Origin: Candidatus Dormiibacterota bacterium
Lineage (GTDB): Bacteria; Chloroflexota; Dormibacteria; Aeolococcales; Bog-877
DNA length: 64,000 bases
Direction of reading: 5' to 3'
Assembly (NCBI GenBank): GCA_035531555.1
Contig: DATKSR010000053.1
Span: 6,497-70,496 of the forward strand
Positions 46,742 to 56,991 of this stretch are shown here, one piece after another. The position numbers and the translations under genes were made by a program. Position 1 is the first letter of the stretch, and every line of letters starts with the position of its first letter. The notes below the pieces were generated by a model. That model was not told the origin of the DNA and ran no database searches. It worked only from the letters and a program-made list of their open reading frames with translations.

Positions 46742-47306
46742 GTGACTCCTCCGCCTCAGCCGGTAGCGGGCGCAGCGTGCTGCGCACGGTCGCGGTGCCG
46801 CGGAAGACCAGCAGCTTGATCGCTCCCTCGCTCTTACCCATGATGTGCCCGATCTCCGCTAAGGGAAGGTCCTCGGAGTACTTGAGCGTCATCGCGGTCC
46901 GCTGCTGAGCGGGTAATCGGTCGATCGCCTGCCAGATTTGATCCAGCTCCAGCCGCTCGGCCACCTGGTCATCGACCGCCGCTCCGTCCGAGGCCAGCTC
47001 CGGGCCACTCTCCAGGCTGTCCTCGCCCCGCTTGCGGGAGCGATAGTGGTCGGTGATGGTGTTGATGGCGATCTGATAGAGCCAAGCGGAGAACGGATGG
47101 CCGCTCGGCCGATAGCGACCGAGCGCTCGGAGCGCCTTGAAGAACACCTCACTGGTGATGTCCTCGGCCAGCTCCGCGCTGCGGACTCGGGAAGCCACGT
47201 ACCGGTAGATCTGGGGAAAATAGTGGTCATACAGTTCGCCGAAGGCTTCAGGCTCGGCCTGGGCCCGGGCGATCAGCCTCTGCTCGTGATCCGGGGGGAG
47301 TTTCAC
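46734..47306 (-). CDS. ECF-type RNA polymerase sigma factor
   Basis: Region 2 (FGELYDHYFPQIYRYVASRV..DITSEVFFKA) and region 4 (LPAQQRTAMTLKYSEDLPLAEIGHIMGKSEGAIKLLVFRG). GTG at 47306 gives ~190 aa. The longer ORF N-terminus looks non-coding. Confidence 0.85.
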   Translation of the reverse strand: MKLPPDHEQRLIARAQAEPEAFGELYDHYFPQIYRYVASRVRSAELAEDITSEVFFKALRALGRYRPSGHPFSAWLYQIAINTITDHYRSRKRGEDSLESGPELASDGAAVDDQVAERLELDQIWQAIDRLPAQQRTAMTLKYSEDLPLAEIGHIMGKSEGAIKLLVFRGTATVRSTLRPLPAEAEESRG

Positions 47307-47559
47307 CGCCGTAACCCGCGGACCGGAACCACAAACGCTCTGGGCGGGCAAGCGGTTACGAATGCCCGCGCCGCTCCTGTCCCCACCTGCCCAAGGTACC
47401 CGCCTTGCCCAGCACGAAGCGCGAGCACTGGGCGAAGGTCTCTCGTGCGGTAGTCCGGTAGGCGCCATCGGGGAAGCGGCAGCGCTGCCGCTAGGGCGAG
47501 GCTGGTCGGACCGGCCCCCCATGGTCGGACCACAAAGGTGAGACGACGAGGCCGGTTAC

Positions 47560-48165
47560 TTGCCGAGCTGGGCGCGATATCAGGGCATTTATCCTGGGGT
47601 CGTGATCCGGCCGCCCTTCCCAATCGAGACCCCTCGCCTGCTGCTGCGGCCGTTGGTCGCGGGCGACCATGCAGACGTTTTCGCCTACCGGTCACGGGCC
47701 GATGTCGTCCGCTACCTCTACGAGGGGCCGAGCACCGAAGTGGAGCTCACCGCGGAACTGGCTCGCAAGTCAGCCAAGGTGTCGATAGAGCGGGAGGGCG
47801 ACGGGCTGTGTTTGGCGGTAGTGCCTCGGGAGCTGGGCCGGGTCGTCGGCGACGTGGTGCTGAGCTGGACCAGCGAAGCGCACCGGCAAGGGGAGATCGG
47901 ATTCGTGCTGCATCCGGACTACCAGGGCCTGGGCTACGCCCGCGAGGCGTCGTGGGTCCTGCTCCAGATTGGCTTCGAGGAGCTTGGGCTGCACCGGATC
48001 GTCGGCCGGCTCGACGCCCGCAACGCGGCCTCAGCCGGGCTGCTCCAACGCTTGGGCATGCGTCGTGAGGCCCACTTCGTCGAGAACGAGTACGTCAAGG
48101 GAGAGTGGACTGATGAGGCCGTCTTTGCCCTGCTGGCGAGCGAGTGGCGTGAGGTCCACGCTTGA
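47560..48165 (+). CDS. GNAT family N-acetyltransferase (RimJ/RimL-like)
   Basis: IETPRLLLRPL N-terminus, QGLGYAREA acetyl-CoA motif, LHRIVGRLDARNAASAGLLQRLGM. The start may be GTG 47599. Confidence 0.8.
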   Translation: MPSWARYQGIYPGVVIRPPFPIETPRLLLRPLVAGDHADVFAYRSRADVVRYLYEGPSTEVELTAELARKSAKVSIEREGDGLCLAVVPRELGRVVGDVVLSWTSEAHRQGEIGFVLHPDYQGLGYAREASWVLLQIGFEELGLHRIVGRLDARNAASAGLLQRLGMRREAHFVENEYVKGEWTDEAVFALLASEWREVHA

Positions 48166-48196
48166 TCCGAGCGGCCTCTGTCGAACCGGCTCGGAT
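48165..48196 (+). terminator. Hairpin directly after the GNAT gene
   Basis: ATCCGAGC / GCTCGGAT 8-bp stem with a 16-nt loop, beginning in the stop codon. No T-tract. Confidence 0.35.
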
Positions 48197-48245
48197 CGTC
48201 CGCTGCGCGGGTGGCTCCGGAGGGCCCGGTGCGGGGGCCGCCACC

Positions 48246-48251
48246 TATACT
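48246..48251 (+). promoter_or_regulatory. Candidate -10 box (TATACT) for the pur operon
   Basis: TATACT lies 55 nt upstream of the purB ATG, embedded in the inverted repeat CACCT..AGGTG. It is followed by the 14-bp perfect palindrome GTCGCTGCAGCGAC (48274-48287). Confidence 0.35.
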
Positions 48252-48306
48252 CAATTGAGGTGACGACGGCCCTGTCGCTGCAGCGACCCTTGCCTGGCGG
48301 TCGATC

Positions 48307-49644
48307 ATGATCGACCGCTACGCCCCCAAGGAATTGCGGGAACTATGGTCGGACGGTACCAGGCTGCGGCTCTGGCTCGAGGTGGAGCTGGCCGTCTGCG
48401 CGGCGAGGGCAGCCCTGGGGGAGATCCCCCACGCGCAGATGGAGGCCCTCCGTCAGGCGAAGCCTCCTTCGGTCGAGAGGGTCGCCCAGATCGAGTCCGA
48501 GTCGGGGCACGACCTGGCCGCCTTCGTCACCGCGGTCCAGGAGCAGTTGGGGGACGAGGGCTCGCAGATCCACCTGGGCCTGACCAGTCAGGACGTGGTC
48601 GACACCGCGCTGGCGCTCCAGCTGCGGCGCGCCAGCGGGCTCATCCGGCTGGACCTGCAGATGCTGCTAGGGCAGGTGGGAACCTTGGCCCAGCGACACC
48701 GGGAGACCCCCATGGCTGGACGCACCCATGGGATGCACGCGGAACCGGTCACCTTCGGGTTCGTCCTCGCCAATCACTACGACGAGTTGAATCGCTCGGG
48801 GAAGCGGTTGGCGGCGGCGGCGGCAGACGTTGAAGTGGGCAAGCTCTCAGGCACGGTGGGCACCCACGCCACCATCAGCCCGGAGATCGAGGTCCTAGCC
48901 CTCAGGGAACTGGGTCTGGAGCCGGCGCCGATCACCACGCAGGTGGTGGCGCGGGACCGCCACGCTGCCTACCTCTGCTCCCTGGCGGTCCTGGGCGCGG
49001 TGTGCGAACGACTGGCAACCACTCTCCGCCACTTGCAGCGCACCGAGGTAGGCGAGGTGCGGGAGCCCTTCGGCGAGCGCCAGAAGGGATCATCGGCCAT
49101 GCCGCACAAGCGCAATCCGGTGCGCCTGGAGCAGGTGGCCGGGCTCTGCCGGCTGCTCCGGGGCTGGGCCGTGGCGGGTCTTGAGGACGTCGCCCTCTGG
49201 CACGAGAGGGACATCTCCCACTCCTCCGTCGAGCGGGTCGCCTTGCCCGATGCCACCATGGCGACAGCCCACATCCTCCGCACTCTCGCCCAGGTCGTCG
49301 GGGGACTGCACGTGGACGAGGTGGCGATGCGGACCAACCTCGAGCGCCGAGGCCAGATCTCGCAGAGCCAGCAGCTCCTCTTAGCCCTGATCCGCGCCGG
49401 CCAGAAGCGTGAGAGCGCCTACCGGCTGGTGCAGTCCCTGGCGCTGGAGGCGGACCAGCCAGGCGGCGACTTCCGAGCCACCGTCGAGGCGAGCCCAGAG
49501 GTGGTGGCCGCGCTCAGCCCAGACGAGGTGACGGCCTGCTTTGACCTCAAGCCCTACCTTGCCCAGATCGAAGAGAGCTTTCGCCGTGTGGGGCTGCTGG
49601 AGCCGTTCCCGGAGGGTGCCGTGGTATTGACTCGGGATGAGTGA
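48307..49644 (+). CDS. purB: Adenylosuccinate lyase
   Basis: Fumarate-lyase signature GSSAMPHKRNP, with the typical PurB N-terminus (IDRYAPKELRELWS). Confidence 0.95.
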   Translation: MIDRYAPKELRELWSDGTRLRLWLEVELAVCAARAALGEIPHAQMEALRQAKPPSVERVAQIESESGHDLAAFVTAVQEQLGDEGSQIHLGLTSQDVVDTALALQLRRASGLIRLDLQMLLGQVGTLAQRHRETPMAGRTHGMHAEPVTFGFVLANHYDELNRSGKRLAAAAADVEVGKLSGTVGTHATISPEIEVLALRELGLEPAPITTQVVARDRHAAYLCSLAVLGAVCERLATTLRHLQRTEVGEVREPFGERQKGSSAMPHKRNPVRLEQVAGLCRLLRGWAVAGLEDVALWHERDISHSSVERVALPDATMATAHILRTLAQVVGGLHVDEVAMRTNLERRGQISQSQQLLLALIRAGQKRESAYRLVQSLALEADQPGGDFRATVEASPEVVAALSPDEVTACFDLKPYLAQIEESFRRVGLLEPFPEGAVVLTRDE

Positions 49645-50530
49645 GGCTGCGCCGCTCCCGGTGGGCATGGGGGAGGTCGAGTTAGCCGGCGTGCCGCTAT
49701 ACCGGCGGGGCAAAGTCCGGGACACCTTTGATCTGGGTGACCAGCTCCTGATGGTCTCCACGGACCGCATCTCTGCCTTCGACAGCGTCCTTCCAACCCT
49801 GATCCCGGAGCGGGGCCGGGTGCTCACCGCCATGTCGCGATACTGGTTTGGGAAGACCGCCGACCTGGTCCCCAATCATCTCCGCCCCGACGATGAAGCG
49901 GCGCTCCCCAGGGGGGCGTTGGCCAAGCTGGCTGGTCGGGCGATGTTCGTCGCCAAGGCCCAGCGGATCGATATCGAGTGCGTGGTGCGGGGACGGTTGG
50001 CCGGTAGCGGCTGGCAGGAGTACCAGGCGGCCGGGACCCTGGCCTCCGAGCCGGTTCCCAGGGGGCTTGCTTTCGGGGCCGAGCTGCCCGAGCTCCGATT
50101 CACCCCGGCCACCAAGAACGACCACGGCCACGACGAGAACATCTCTCGGGTCCATCTCGCCCAACTGGTGGGCAGTGAGCTGGCGCGGCGACTCGAGGAG
50201 TTCAGCCTGCGGATCTTCCGGCTGGCCCAGGTCCACTGCCGGGAATCGGGGTTCACCCTGGTCGACAGCAAGTTCGAGTTCGGATTCGTCGACGGTTCTT
50301 TGACGCTGATCGATGAGCTGCTGACGCCTGACTCGTCGCGGCTGTGGGAGCTGGAGCAAGAGGCGGGCGAGTTCCCGCATGGATTCGACAAGCAGCCGGT
50401 CCGGGACTACCTGCTCTCCACCGGCTGGGATCGCAACCCACCGGCACCCCCGCTGCCCCTGCAGTTGGTTCAGGAGACCCGAAACCGCTACCTGGAGGCA
50501 TCGAGACGGATCACCGGCAGCGATTTGTAG
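49637..50530 (+). CDS. purC: Phosphoribosylaminoimidazole-succinocarboxamide synthase
   Basis: LYRRGKVRDTFDLGD..LMVSTDRISAFD and LVDSKFEFG motifs. It overlaps purB by 8 nt. Confidence 0.95.
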   Translation: MSEAAPLPVGMGEVELAGVPLYRRGKVRDTFDLGDQLLMVSTDRISAFDSVLPTLIPERGRVLTAMSRYWFGKTADLVPNHLRPDDEAALPRGALAKLAGRAMFVAKAQRIDIECVVRGRLAGSGWQEYQAAGTLASEPVPRGLAFGAELPELRFTPATKNDHGHDENISRVHLAQLVGSELARRLEEFSLRIFRLAQVHCRESGFTLVDSKFEFGFVDGSLTLIDELLTPDSSRLWELEQEAGEFPHGFDKQPVRDYLLSTGWDRNPPAPPLPLQLVQETRNRYLEASRRITGSDL

Positions 50531-50778
50531 CCGAGGTTCTGGTCAGCCTCAAAGAGGTGGTCAACGACCCCCAGGGGCTGGTGGTCGAAGACGCCCTGCA
50601 TTCGCTCGGCTATCCCGAAGTGGAGGAGGCCAGGGTAGGCAAGTTCATCCGCCTGGAACTGGCGGAGGCGGATATGGAGTCGGCGCGCGGGCGGGTCGAT
50701 GAGATGTGTCGGCGACTTCTCTGCAACGGAGTGATCGAGGACTATCGGTTCGAGCTGCGTCCGGTCCCCGCCGCTTGA
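50527..50778 (+). CDS. purS: FGAM synthase subunit PurS
   Basis: AEVLVSLKEVVNDPQG..VEDAL..LGY..V...RVGKFI.LEL is the PurS pattern. No ATG/GTG/TTG is available at the expected N-terminus, so the 5' boundary is approximate. Confidence 0.75.
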   Translation, partial: VAEVLVSLKEVVNDPQGLVVEDALHSLGYPEVEEARVGKFIRLELAEADMESARGRVDEMCRRLLCNGVIEDYRFELRPVPAA

Positions 50779-51479
50779 GCGTGCGTTTCGGGATCGCCGT
50801 CTTTCCGGGCACCTGGAGCGATCGGGACTGCGCCCACGCGGTCGCGCTGACCGGGGCGGAGTCGGTGCCGCTCTGGCACGCCGACCGCGACCTCAAGGGT
50901 TGTGAGGTGGTTATCCTGCCGGGCGGGTTCGCCTACGGCGACTACCTGCGCGCCGGGGCCATCGCCCGGTTCGCGCCGCTGATGGAGGCGGTTCGCGAGC
51001 ATGCCCTGCAGGGCGGACTGGTGCTCGGTATCTGCAACGGCTTTCAGATCCTCTGCGAGGCCGGAATGCTTCCGGGAGCGCTGCTGCGCAATTCGAGTCT
51101 GCAGTTCCGCTGCCAGCCTACCTGGCTGCGGGTGGAGTCGACCAGCACCCCATTTCTGGCGGATTGCCAAAGGGGTCAGCTGCTGCGAGTGCCCGTGTCG
51201 CACGGTGAGGGCCGGTTCTTCGCCGACCCTGAAACCGTGGGCAGGTTGAACTCGGAGGGACGGGTCGCCCTCCGCTACTGCGATCAAGCGGGCGAGCCCT
51301 CCCACCTGGCCAACCCCAACGGATCGCTCCAGAACATCGCGGGGATCCTCAACCAGCAGGGGAATGTCCTGGGGATGATGCCCCACCCGGAGCGGGCCTG
51401 CGAGGAGCTGCTGGGATCGGACGACGGATTGCGACTCTTCAACTCGGCAATCCAGCACCTGGCGGCGCTCCCCGGATGA
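50775..51479 (+). CDS. purQ: FGAM synthase I (glutaminase subunit)
   Basis: [22 protein letters not shown], nucleophile ICNGFQIL, and HPER near the C-terminus. TTG 50775 overlaps the purS stop (GTG 50781 is the alternative). Confidence 0.9.
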   Translation: MSVRFGIAVFPGTWSDRDCAHAVALTGAESVPLWHADRDLKGCEVVILPGGFAYGDYLRAGAIARFAPLMEAVREHALQGGLVLGICNGFQILCEAGMLPGALLRNSSLQFRCQPTWLRVESTSTPFLADCQRGQLLRVPVSHGEGRFFADPETVGRLNSEGRVALRYCDQAGEPSHLANPNGSLQNIAGILNQQGNVLGMMPHPERACEELLGSDDGLRLFNSAIQHLAALPG

Positions 51480-53743
51480 GAATTGCGGCACCGCGCTCGG
51501 CCCCCACCCCATCCGAGCTGCGGGAACTGGCGCTGACCGACTCGGAATACCGAGCGGCGATCGACCAGTTGGGCCGAGAGCCGAACCGGCTGGAGCTGGG
51601 GATGATCGGGGCGATGTGGTCCGAGCACTGCAGCTACAAGACCTCCAAGGCCCTATTGCGTCTGCTGCCGTCCGAGGGCGGTCGGGTGGTCCAGGGTCCT
51701 GGCGAGAACGCTGGGGTGGTTGACCTCGGTGAGGACCTTCTGTGCTGCTTCAAGATCGAGTCGCACAACCATCCAAGTGCGGTCGAGCCGGTTCAGGGTG
51801 CGGCGACCGGGGTGGGGGGGATCCTGCGCGACATCTTCGCCATGGGAGCACGTCCGGTGGCGCTCCTGGACGGGATCCGCTTTGGCGACCTCGCCGACCC
51901 CCGCCAGCGTCAGCGCTTCGCCCGGGTGGTGGAGGGGATCGGCTGGTACGGCAACTGCATCGGGGTACCGACCGTCGGTGGCGAGACGTACTTCGATGAG
52001 GCGTATCAGCACAACTGCCTGGTCAACGCCATGTGCGTCGGTCTGGTGCGGCGCGACCGGTTGGTACGGGCCCGGGCCAGCGGGCCCGGGAACCCTCTGC
52101 TGCTGGTGGGAGCCGACACCGGCCGGGACGGGATCCACGGGGCGACCTTCGCCTCGGTGCAGCTGGACCAGGGCGCCGAGGAACGCCGCCCCGCGGTTCA
52201 GGTGGGCAATCCGTTCTTGGAGAAGTGCCTGCTCGAGGCCTGTCTCGAGCTGACTGGGGACCCGGACCTGATCGGGCTTCAGGACTGCGGGGCAGCGGGA
52301 CTGACCAGCAGCTGCGCCGAGATGGCCCATCGAGGCGGGGTCGGGCTCGAGATCGCCGTCGAGAAGGTGAGTCGCCGGGAGCGGTCCATGACCCCGTACG
52401 AGGTGATGCTGAGCGAGTCCCAGGAACGGATGGTGCTGGTGGTCCGTCGTGGCAGCGAGGACCGCTTCCGCGCTGCCTTCCAGCGCTGGGGCCTGCACAG
52501 CGATGTGGTGGGAAAGGTGATCGAGGAGCCGCTCTTCCGGATCACCGAAGACGGTGTCGTGGTGGCCTCGCTTCCGCTCCAGGTTCTGATCGCCGGCTTC
52601 CCGGAACGCCACCCGGCGGTCCGGGCCCCTGAGCTGAGCTCGGTCCTTTCAGCCGACCCGCTGGCGCGCACCCCGCCCTGGACCCCGGAGGACGCCTGGC
52701 TGCGGCTTCTGGCCTCGCCGAATTGTGGAGAAAGCCACTGGATTTGGCGTCAGTACGACCACCAGGTGGGCGACGACACGGTCTCCGGCCCCGGCGGCGA
52801 CGCCGCCGTTCTGCGGTTGAGAGGTCGGCCGGACGCGCTGGCTTTGACCGTCGACAGCGCTCACCGCTCCGCGACGCTGGCACCCCGCCGGGCGACCGCC
52901 ATCGCGCTCGCCGAGGCGGTGCGCAACCTGGCCTGCGTCGGCGCCGAGCCCCTAGCTGTCACCAACTGCCTCAACTTCGGTGACCCTGACCGACCCGAGA
53001 TCATGTGGCAGTTGGAGGAGGCCGTGGGGGGACTCGCCGACGCGGCTCGGACTCTGGGGATCCCGGTGGTAAGTGGCAACGTCAGCCTCTACAACCAATT
53101 CGATGGCCAGGGCATTCCCCCCACCCCGACCCTGGGGGTGGTTGGTCTCCTGCCCGACCTCAGTCGCCGCCTGGGGGCGGGGTTCGCGGCGGCGGGGGAC
53201 CTGGTCGCTTTGGTAGGACCGGCCGGAGCCGGTCCGGCGCGGGTGGAGTTGGGTGGCTCGGAGTACCAGCGGCTCGCCCATAGGGTCATGGAAGGCCCCG
53301 CCCCGGAGTTGGATCTGGCCCAGGAGGCGAGGTCAGCCGCGGCGGTCCGCGGCGCGGTCCAGCAGGGGCTGCTCAGCTCCGCCCATGACTGCTCACTGGG
53401 CGGGCTGGCGGTGACTCTCGCCGAATCCGCGCTGCTGGGTGGACTCGGCGCTCGGATCAGGCCTCCTGTGGACCTCCCGGAGCGGCTCCCGCCCAGCTGG
53501 CGCTTCGGCCTGCTCTTCGGCGAGACGCAGGGCCGTTACCTGGTGAGCTTGCCCCCGGAACAGCTGGCGTCGGTCGGGGCGTTCTTCGGTAAGCACGAGA
53601 CTCCCTTCATCGCCCTGGGAGCGGTTGGCGGATCGGTGATCGCCATCGAGGGGGTGGCAGAGGTCAGCCTGGAACAAGCCAAGATCGCCTGGTCCGACGC
53701 GATTCCCGGGCGCCTGGAGCTGAGGCGCAGCAGCGGGTCTTGA
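51476..53743 (+). CDS. purL: FGAM synthase II
   Basis: [20 protein letters not shown] and GGILRD motifs. ATGA overlap with purQ. Confidence 0.95.
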   Translation: MRIAAPRSAPTPSELRELALTDSEYRAAIDQLGREPNRLELGMIGAMWSEHCSYKTSKALLRLLPSEGGRVVQGPGENAGVVDLGEDLLCCFKIESHNHPSAVEPVQGAATGVGGILRDIFAMGARPVALLDGIRFGDLADPRQRQRFARVVEGIGWYGNCIGVPTVGGETYFDEAYQHNCLVNAMCVGLVRRDRLVRARASGPGNPLLLVGADTGRDGIHGATFASVQLDQGAEERRPAVQVGNPFLEKCLLEACLELTGDPDLIGLQDCGAAGLTSSCAEMAHRGGVGLEIAVEKVSRRERSMTPYEVMLSESQERMVLVVRRGSEDRFRAAFQRWGLHSDVVGKVIEEPLFRITEDGVVVASLPLQVLIAGFPERHPAVRAPELSSVLSADPLARTPPWTPEDAWLRLLASPNCGESHWIWRQYDHQVGDDTVSGPGGDAAVLRLRGRPDALALTVDSAHRSATLAPRRATAIALAEAVRNLACVGAEPLAVTNCLNFGDPDRPEIMWQLEEAVGGLADAARTLGIPVVSGNVSLYNQFDGQGIPPTPTLGVVGLLPDLSRRLGAGFAAAGDLVALVGPAGAGPARVELGGSEYQRLAHRVMEGPAPELDLAQEARSAAAVRGAVQQGLLSSAHDCSLGGLAVTLAESALLGGLGARIRPPVDLPERLPPSWRFGLLFGETQGRYLVSLPPEQLASVGAFFGKHETPFIALGAVGGSVIAIEGVAEVSLEQAKIAWSDAIPGRLELRRSSGS

Positions 53744-53798
53744 GTCCGCTCGAGAGGCGACTGCACAGGATGACCGGATTCGGATTCCAGCTATTCTT

Positions 53799-55295
53799 GT
53801 GGTGGTGACAGCCAAGGCAGGATCCTCTGCCCAGCTCCCCGTCGCAACCGCGGAGGACGCGACCGAGCCCGACAAGCTGCACGAGGCTTGCGGCATCTTC
53901 GGCGTATTCGCCCCGGGCCAGGACGTGGCCAATCTCTGCTATCTGGGCCTCTACGCCCTCCAGCACCGGGGCCAGGAGTCCGCCGGAATCTGCACCTCCG
54001 ATGGCGAGCTGCTCCATCTCCACCGGGAGATGGGATTGGTGGGCCAGGTCTTCTCGGCGGATGTGCTGGCCCAGCTCCGCGGACCGGTCGGCATCGGGCA
54101 CACCCGCTACTCCACCACCGGCTCCTCACGCCTCAGCAATGCTCAGCCGTTCACCTTTGAGCACGGTCAGCTGGGCCCCGTCGCGCTGGCCCACAACGGC
54201 AACCTGACCAACACCCAGGCGCTACATGCCCGGCTGGTTGAGGAAGGCCAGCAGTTCGAGACTTCGAGCGATAGCGAAGTTCTGGCGACCCTTCTCGCCC
54301 GCACGCCGGGAGAGCGGCTGGAGGTGGTCCTGCAAAGGGCACTGCCCCGGGCCCAGGGCGCCTACTCCCTGGGGTTCATCACCCGGGACAGCCTGGTCGC
54401 CGCCCGCGACGAGTTGGGCATAAGACCCTTGTGCATCGGTCGGCTGGGGGAGCTCGACGCCCCGGGAGGAGACGGGTACATCATCGCCAGCGAGACCTGC
54501 GCCCTGGACGTGGTGGGGGCCAAGCTGGTGCGCGAAGTGCGCCCCGGGGAGATCGTCACCATCGACAAGAACGGACTGCGGAGCGCCAGTTTCGGGGTGC
54601 GGCGCCAGCCGGCGATGTGCTCCTTCGAGTTCATCTACTTCGCCCGGCCCGACTCGGTGCTCCAGGACCGCAGCCTGTACGAGGCGCGGCGGGCAATGGG
54701 GGTGCGCTTGGCCCAGGAGGCACCAGTGTCCGCTGACCTGGTGATCCCACTGCCCGACTCGGGGACCCCGGCCGCGATCGGATATGCGGAGGAGAGTCGG
54801 GTCCCCTTCGCCGAGGGGATGATGAAATCCCGCTACATCAACCGCACCTTTCTCCAGCCGGAGCAAGGGATGCGCGACGCCGGGGTGAGACTCAAGTTCA
54901 ACCCCATGCGCCACGTGCTGGAGGGCAAGCGGGTGATCCTGGTCGATGACTCCATCGTTCGGGGCTCGACCTCGCGCCAGATCGTGGAGGCGCTGCGGCG
55001 CGCCGGGGCGCTGGAGGTGCACATGCGGGTCGCTTCGCCACCGATTCGGTTCCCCTGCTTCATGGGCATCGACATCGCCAGCCGGAGTGAACTGATCGCC
55101 GCGGGCCGGACTCTGGAAGAGGTACGGGAGCTGATCGGCGCCGACTCGCTGGCCTACCTCAGCCTGGGCGGACTGCGGCAGGCTCTGCGCGCCGGTGCCA
55201 GTGGATCGGGATTCTGCTTTGCCTGCCTCGACGGCGCCTACCCGGTGCAAGTTCCCCAGCAGCTGGAGATGGACAAGCTGGCCCTTGAAGGCTGA
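53799..55295 (+). CDS. purF: Amidophosphoribosyltransferase
   Basis: Nucleophile CGIFGV after a propeptide-like leader, the PRPP-binding loop VILVDDSIVRGSTS, and C-terminal Cys residues (Fe-S type). Confidence 0.95.
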   Translation: MVVTAKAGSSAQLPVATAEDATEPDKLHEACGIFGVFAPGQDVANLCYLGLYALQHRGQESAGICTSDGELLHLHREMGLVGQVFSADVLAQLRGPVGIGHTRYSTTGSSRLSNAQPFTFEHGQLGPVALAHNGNLTNTQALHARLVEEGQQFETSSDSEVLATLLARTPGERLEVVLQRALPRAQGAYSLGFITRDSLVAARDELGIRPLCIGRLGELDAPGGDGYIIASETCALDVVGAKLVREVRPGEIVTIDKNGLRSASFGVRRQPAMCSFEFIYFARPDSVLQDRSLYEARRAMGVRLAQEAPVSADLVIPLPDSGTPAAIGYAEESRVPFAEGMMKSRYINRTFLQPEQGMRDAGVRLKFNPMRHVLEGKRVILVDDSIVRGSTSRQIVEALRRAGALEVHMRVASPPIRFPCFMGIDIASRSELIAAGRTLEEVRELIGADSLAYLSLGGLRQALRAGASGSGFCFACLDGAYPVQVPQQLEMDKLALEG

Positions 55296-55303
55296 CCGGA
55301 AGT

Positions 55304-56344
55304 GTGGGGGCGGGGGGCGCTGAGCTGAGCAGGTACACCGACGCGGGGGTGGACCGGAGCCGCGCGCGGGCCGCCGTGGCCCGGGTCGCTGAATTGGCTG
55401 CGACCACCCACAACTCCTCGGTCCTGGAGGGGATCGGCCCGTTCGCCGCAGTCTGGAAGCTGGGCAACAACCTGCCCCCGGACGCCGTGCTGGTCAGTTC
55501 CACCGATTCGGTGGGGACCAAGTCCAAGGTCGCCGTCGCTCTCGGCCGACACCAGGGGATCGGCCAGGACATCGTCAATCACTGCGTCAACGACGTCCTG
55601 ACCACCGGTGCCGACCCGCTCTTCTTCCTCGACTACTTCGCCAGCGGTCGAATCGAGACGACCGTTCTGGAGCAGCTGGCGGAGGGGATGGCTCAAGCCT
55701 GCCGGGCCAACGGATGCGCCTTAGTGGGCGGGGAGACGGCCGAGATGCCGGGAGTCTACGGGATCGGTGACTACGACCTGGCCGGCTTCCTGGTGGGGCT
55801 AACCTCTGCTCAGGCAGTCCTCGGTCCCACTCGAGTCAAGGCCGGCGATCGCCTCCTGGGCCTCCCGTCCACCGGGCTGCACACCAACGGCTACTCCTTG
55901 GTCCGGCACCTCCTGGCGGAGCGCGAGCTCGAGTACGACACCGAGTTGCCGGGCACCGCGGGCCCGATCGGCGACCTCCTGCTGGCTGTGCATGCGTCCT
56001 ACCTGAAGCCGGTACGCGCCCTGCGGGACCTTGGCGAGGTGCACGCATTGGCCCACATCACCGGGGGCGGAATCATCGAGAACCTGCCGCGAGTCCTACC
56101 CGAGGGGCTGGCCGCGTTGGTGGATCGCCGGAGCTGGCTCGTGCCACCCCTCTTCACCGCGCTCCAGGAGCTGGGAGACATTCCGGAGGACGAGCTCTGG
56201 CGCTCCTTCAACATGGGCGTGGGAATGATCGCCGTCGTCCCCGCCGCCACTGTGGCGCTCGCGACCCAGCTCTCGAGGTTCGGATTCTTCGAGATGGGCG
56301 AGGTGAGAGACCGGCAAGGAGCGGACCGGGTGCTGTTGCGCTGA
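55304..56344 (+). CDS. purM: Phosphoribosylformylglycinamidine cyclo-ligase (AIR synthase)
   Basis: YTDAGVD, STDSVGTK, DYFA and GGETAEMPGVY motifs. Confidence 0.95.
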   Translation: MGAGGAELSRYTDAGVDRSRARAAVARVAELAATTHNSSVLEGIGPFAAVWKLGNNLPPDAVLVSSTDSVGTKSKVAVALGRHQGIGQDIVNHCVNDVLTTGADPLFFLDYFASGRIETTVLEQLAEGMAQACRANGCALVGGETAEMPGVYGIGDYDLAGFLVGLTSAQAVLGPTRVKAGDRLLGLPSTGLHTNGYSLVRHLLAERELEYDTELPGTAGPIGDLLLAVHASYLKPVRALRDLGEVHALAHITGGGIIENLPRVLPEGLAALVDRRSWLVPPLFTALQELGDIPEDELWRSFNMGVGMIAVVPAATVALATQLSRFGFFEMGEVRDRQGADRVLLR

Positions 56345-56376
56345 GCCGGCCAGATTCGGAGGGGGCGAGGGTCGGG

Positions 56377-56991
56377 GTGGGGGTTCTGGTGTCGGGCGCC
56401 GGCACCAATCTCCGAGCGATCCTGGAGTCCTCCGCGTCGGGTGGGTTCCCGGCCCAGGTGGTCGCCGTCGCGACCAACCGACCCAGCTGTGGAGGTCTGG
56501 AGGTCGCCCGCGCCGCCGGGGTGCCCACTCAGTCCTTTCCGGCCTCCACCTTCTCGGGCGACCTGGAGGCGAGAGATCACGCGATTGCGTCCTGGCTCCA
56601 GAACTCGGGAGCTTCGATGCTGGCCCTGGCCGGCTATGACCGGATTCTCACCAGGCCTCTGCTGCGCGCCTTCCCCGGCCGGGTCCTGAATCTCCACAAC
56701 AGCCTGTTGCCGGCCTTTGCCGGCACCATGAACGCGGTTCAGGAGGCGCTCGACCATGGGGTCAAGCTCACCGGCTGCACGGTGCACCTAGTCGACGAAG
56801 ACTACCTGGACGGGGGTCCGATCGTGATGCAGGCGGCGGTCCGGGTCGAGGACGGCGACTCGGCTGAGACCCTGCTCCAACGCATCCACCGGGAGGAGTG
56901 GCGAATATTTCCCCAGGCGATCGCGCAATTGGCCCGGGGTGAGCTCCGCGTCGAGGGTCGCCGGGTGCTCCGCGTGGAACCGGACTCATGA
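56377..56991 (+). CDS. purN: Phosphoribosylglycinamide formyltransferase
   Basis: GVLVSGAGTNLRAIL, LNLHNSLLPAFAG and GCTVHLVDEDYLDGGPI. Confidence 0.9.
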   Translation: MGVLVSGAGTNLRAILESSASGGFPAQVVAVATNRPSCGGLEVARAAGVPTQSFPASTFSGDLEARDHAIASWLQNSGASMLALAGYDRILTRPLLRAFPGRVLNLHNSLLPAFAGTMNAVQEALDHGVKLTGCTVHLVDEDYLDGGPIVMQAAVRVEDGDSAETLLQRIHREEWRIFPQAIAQLARGELRVEGRRVLRVEPDS

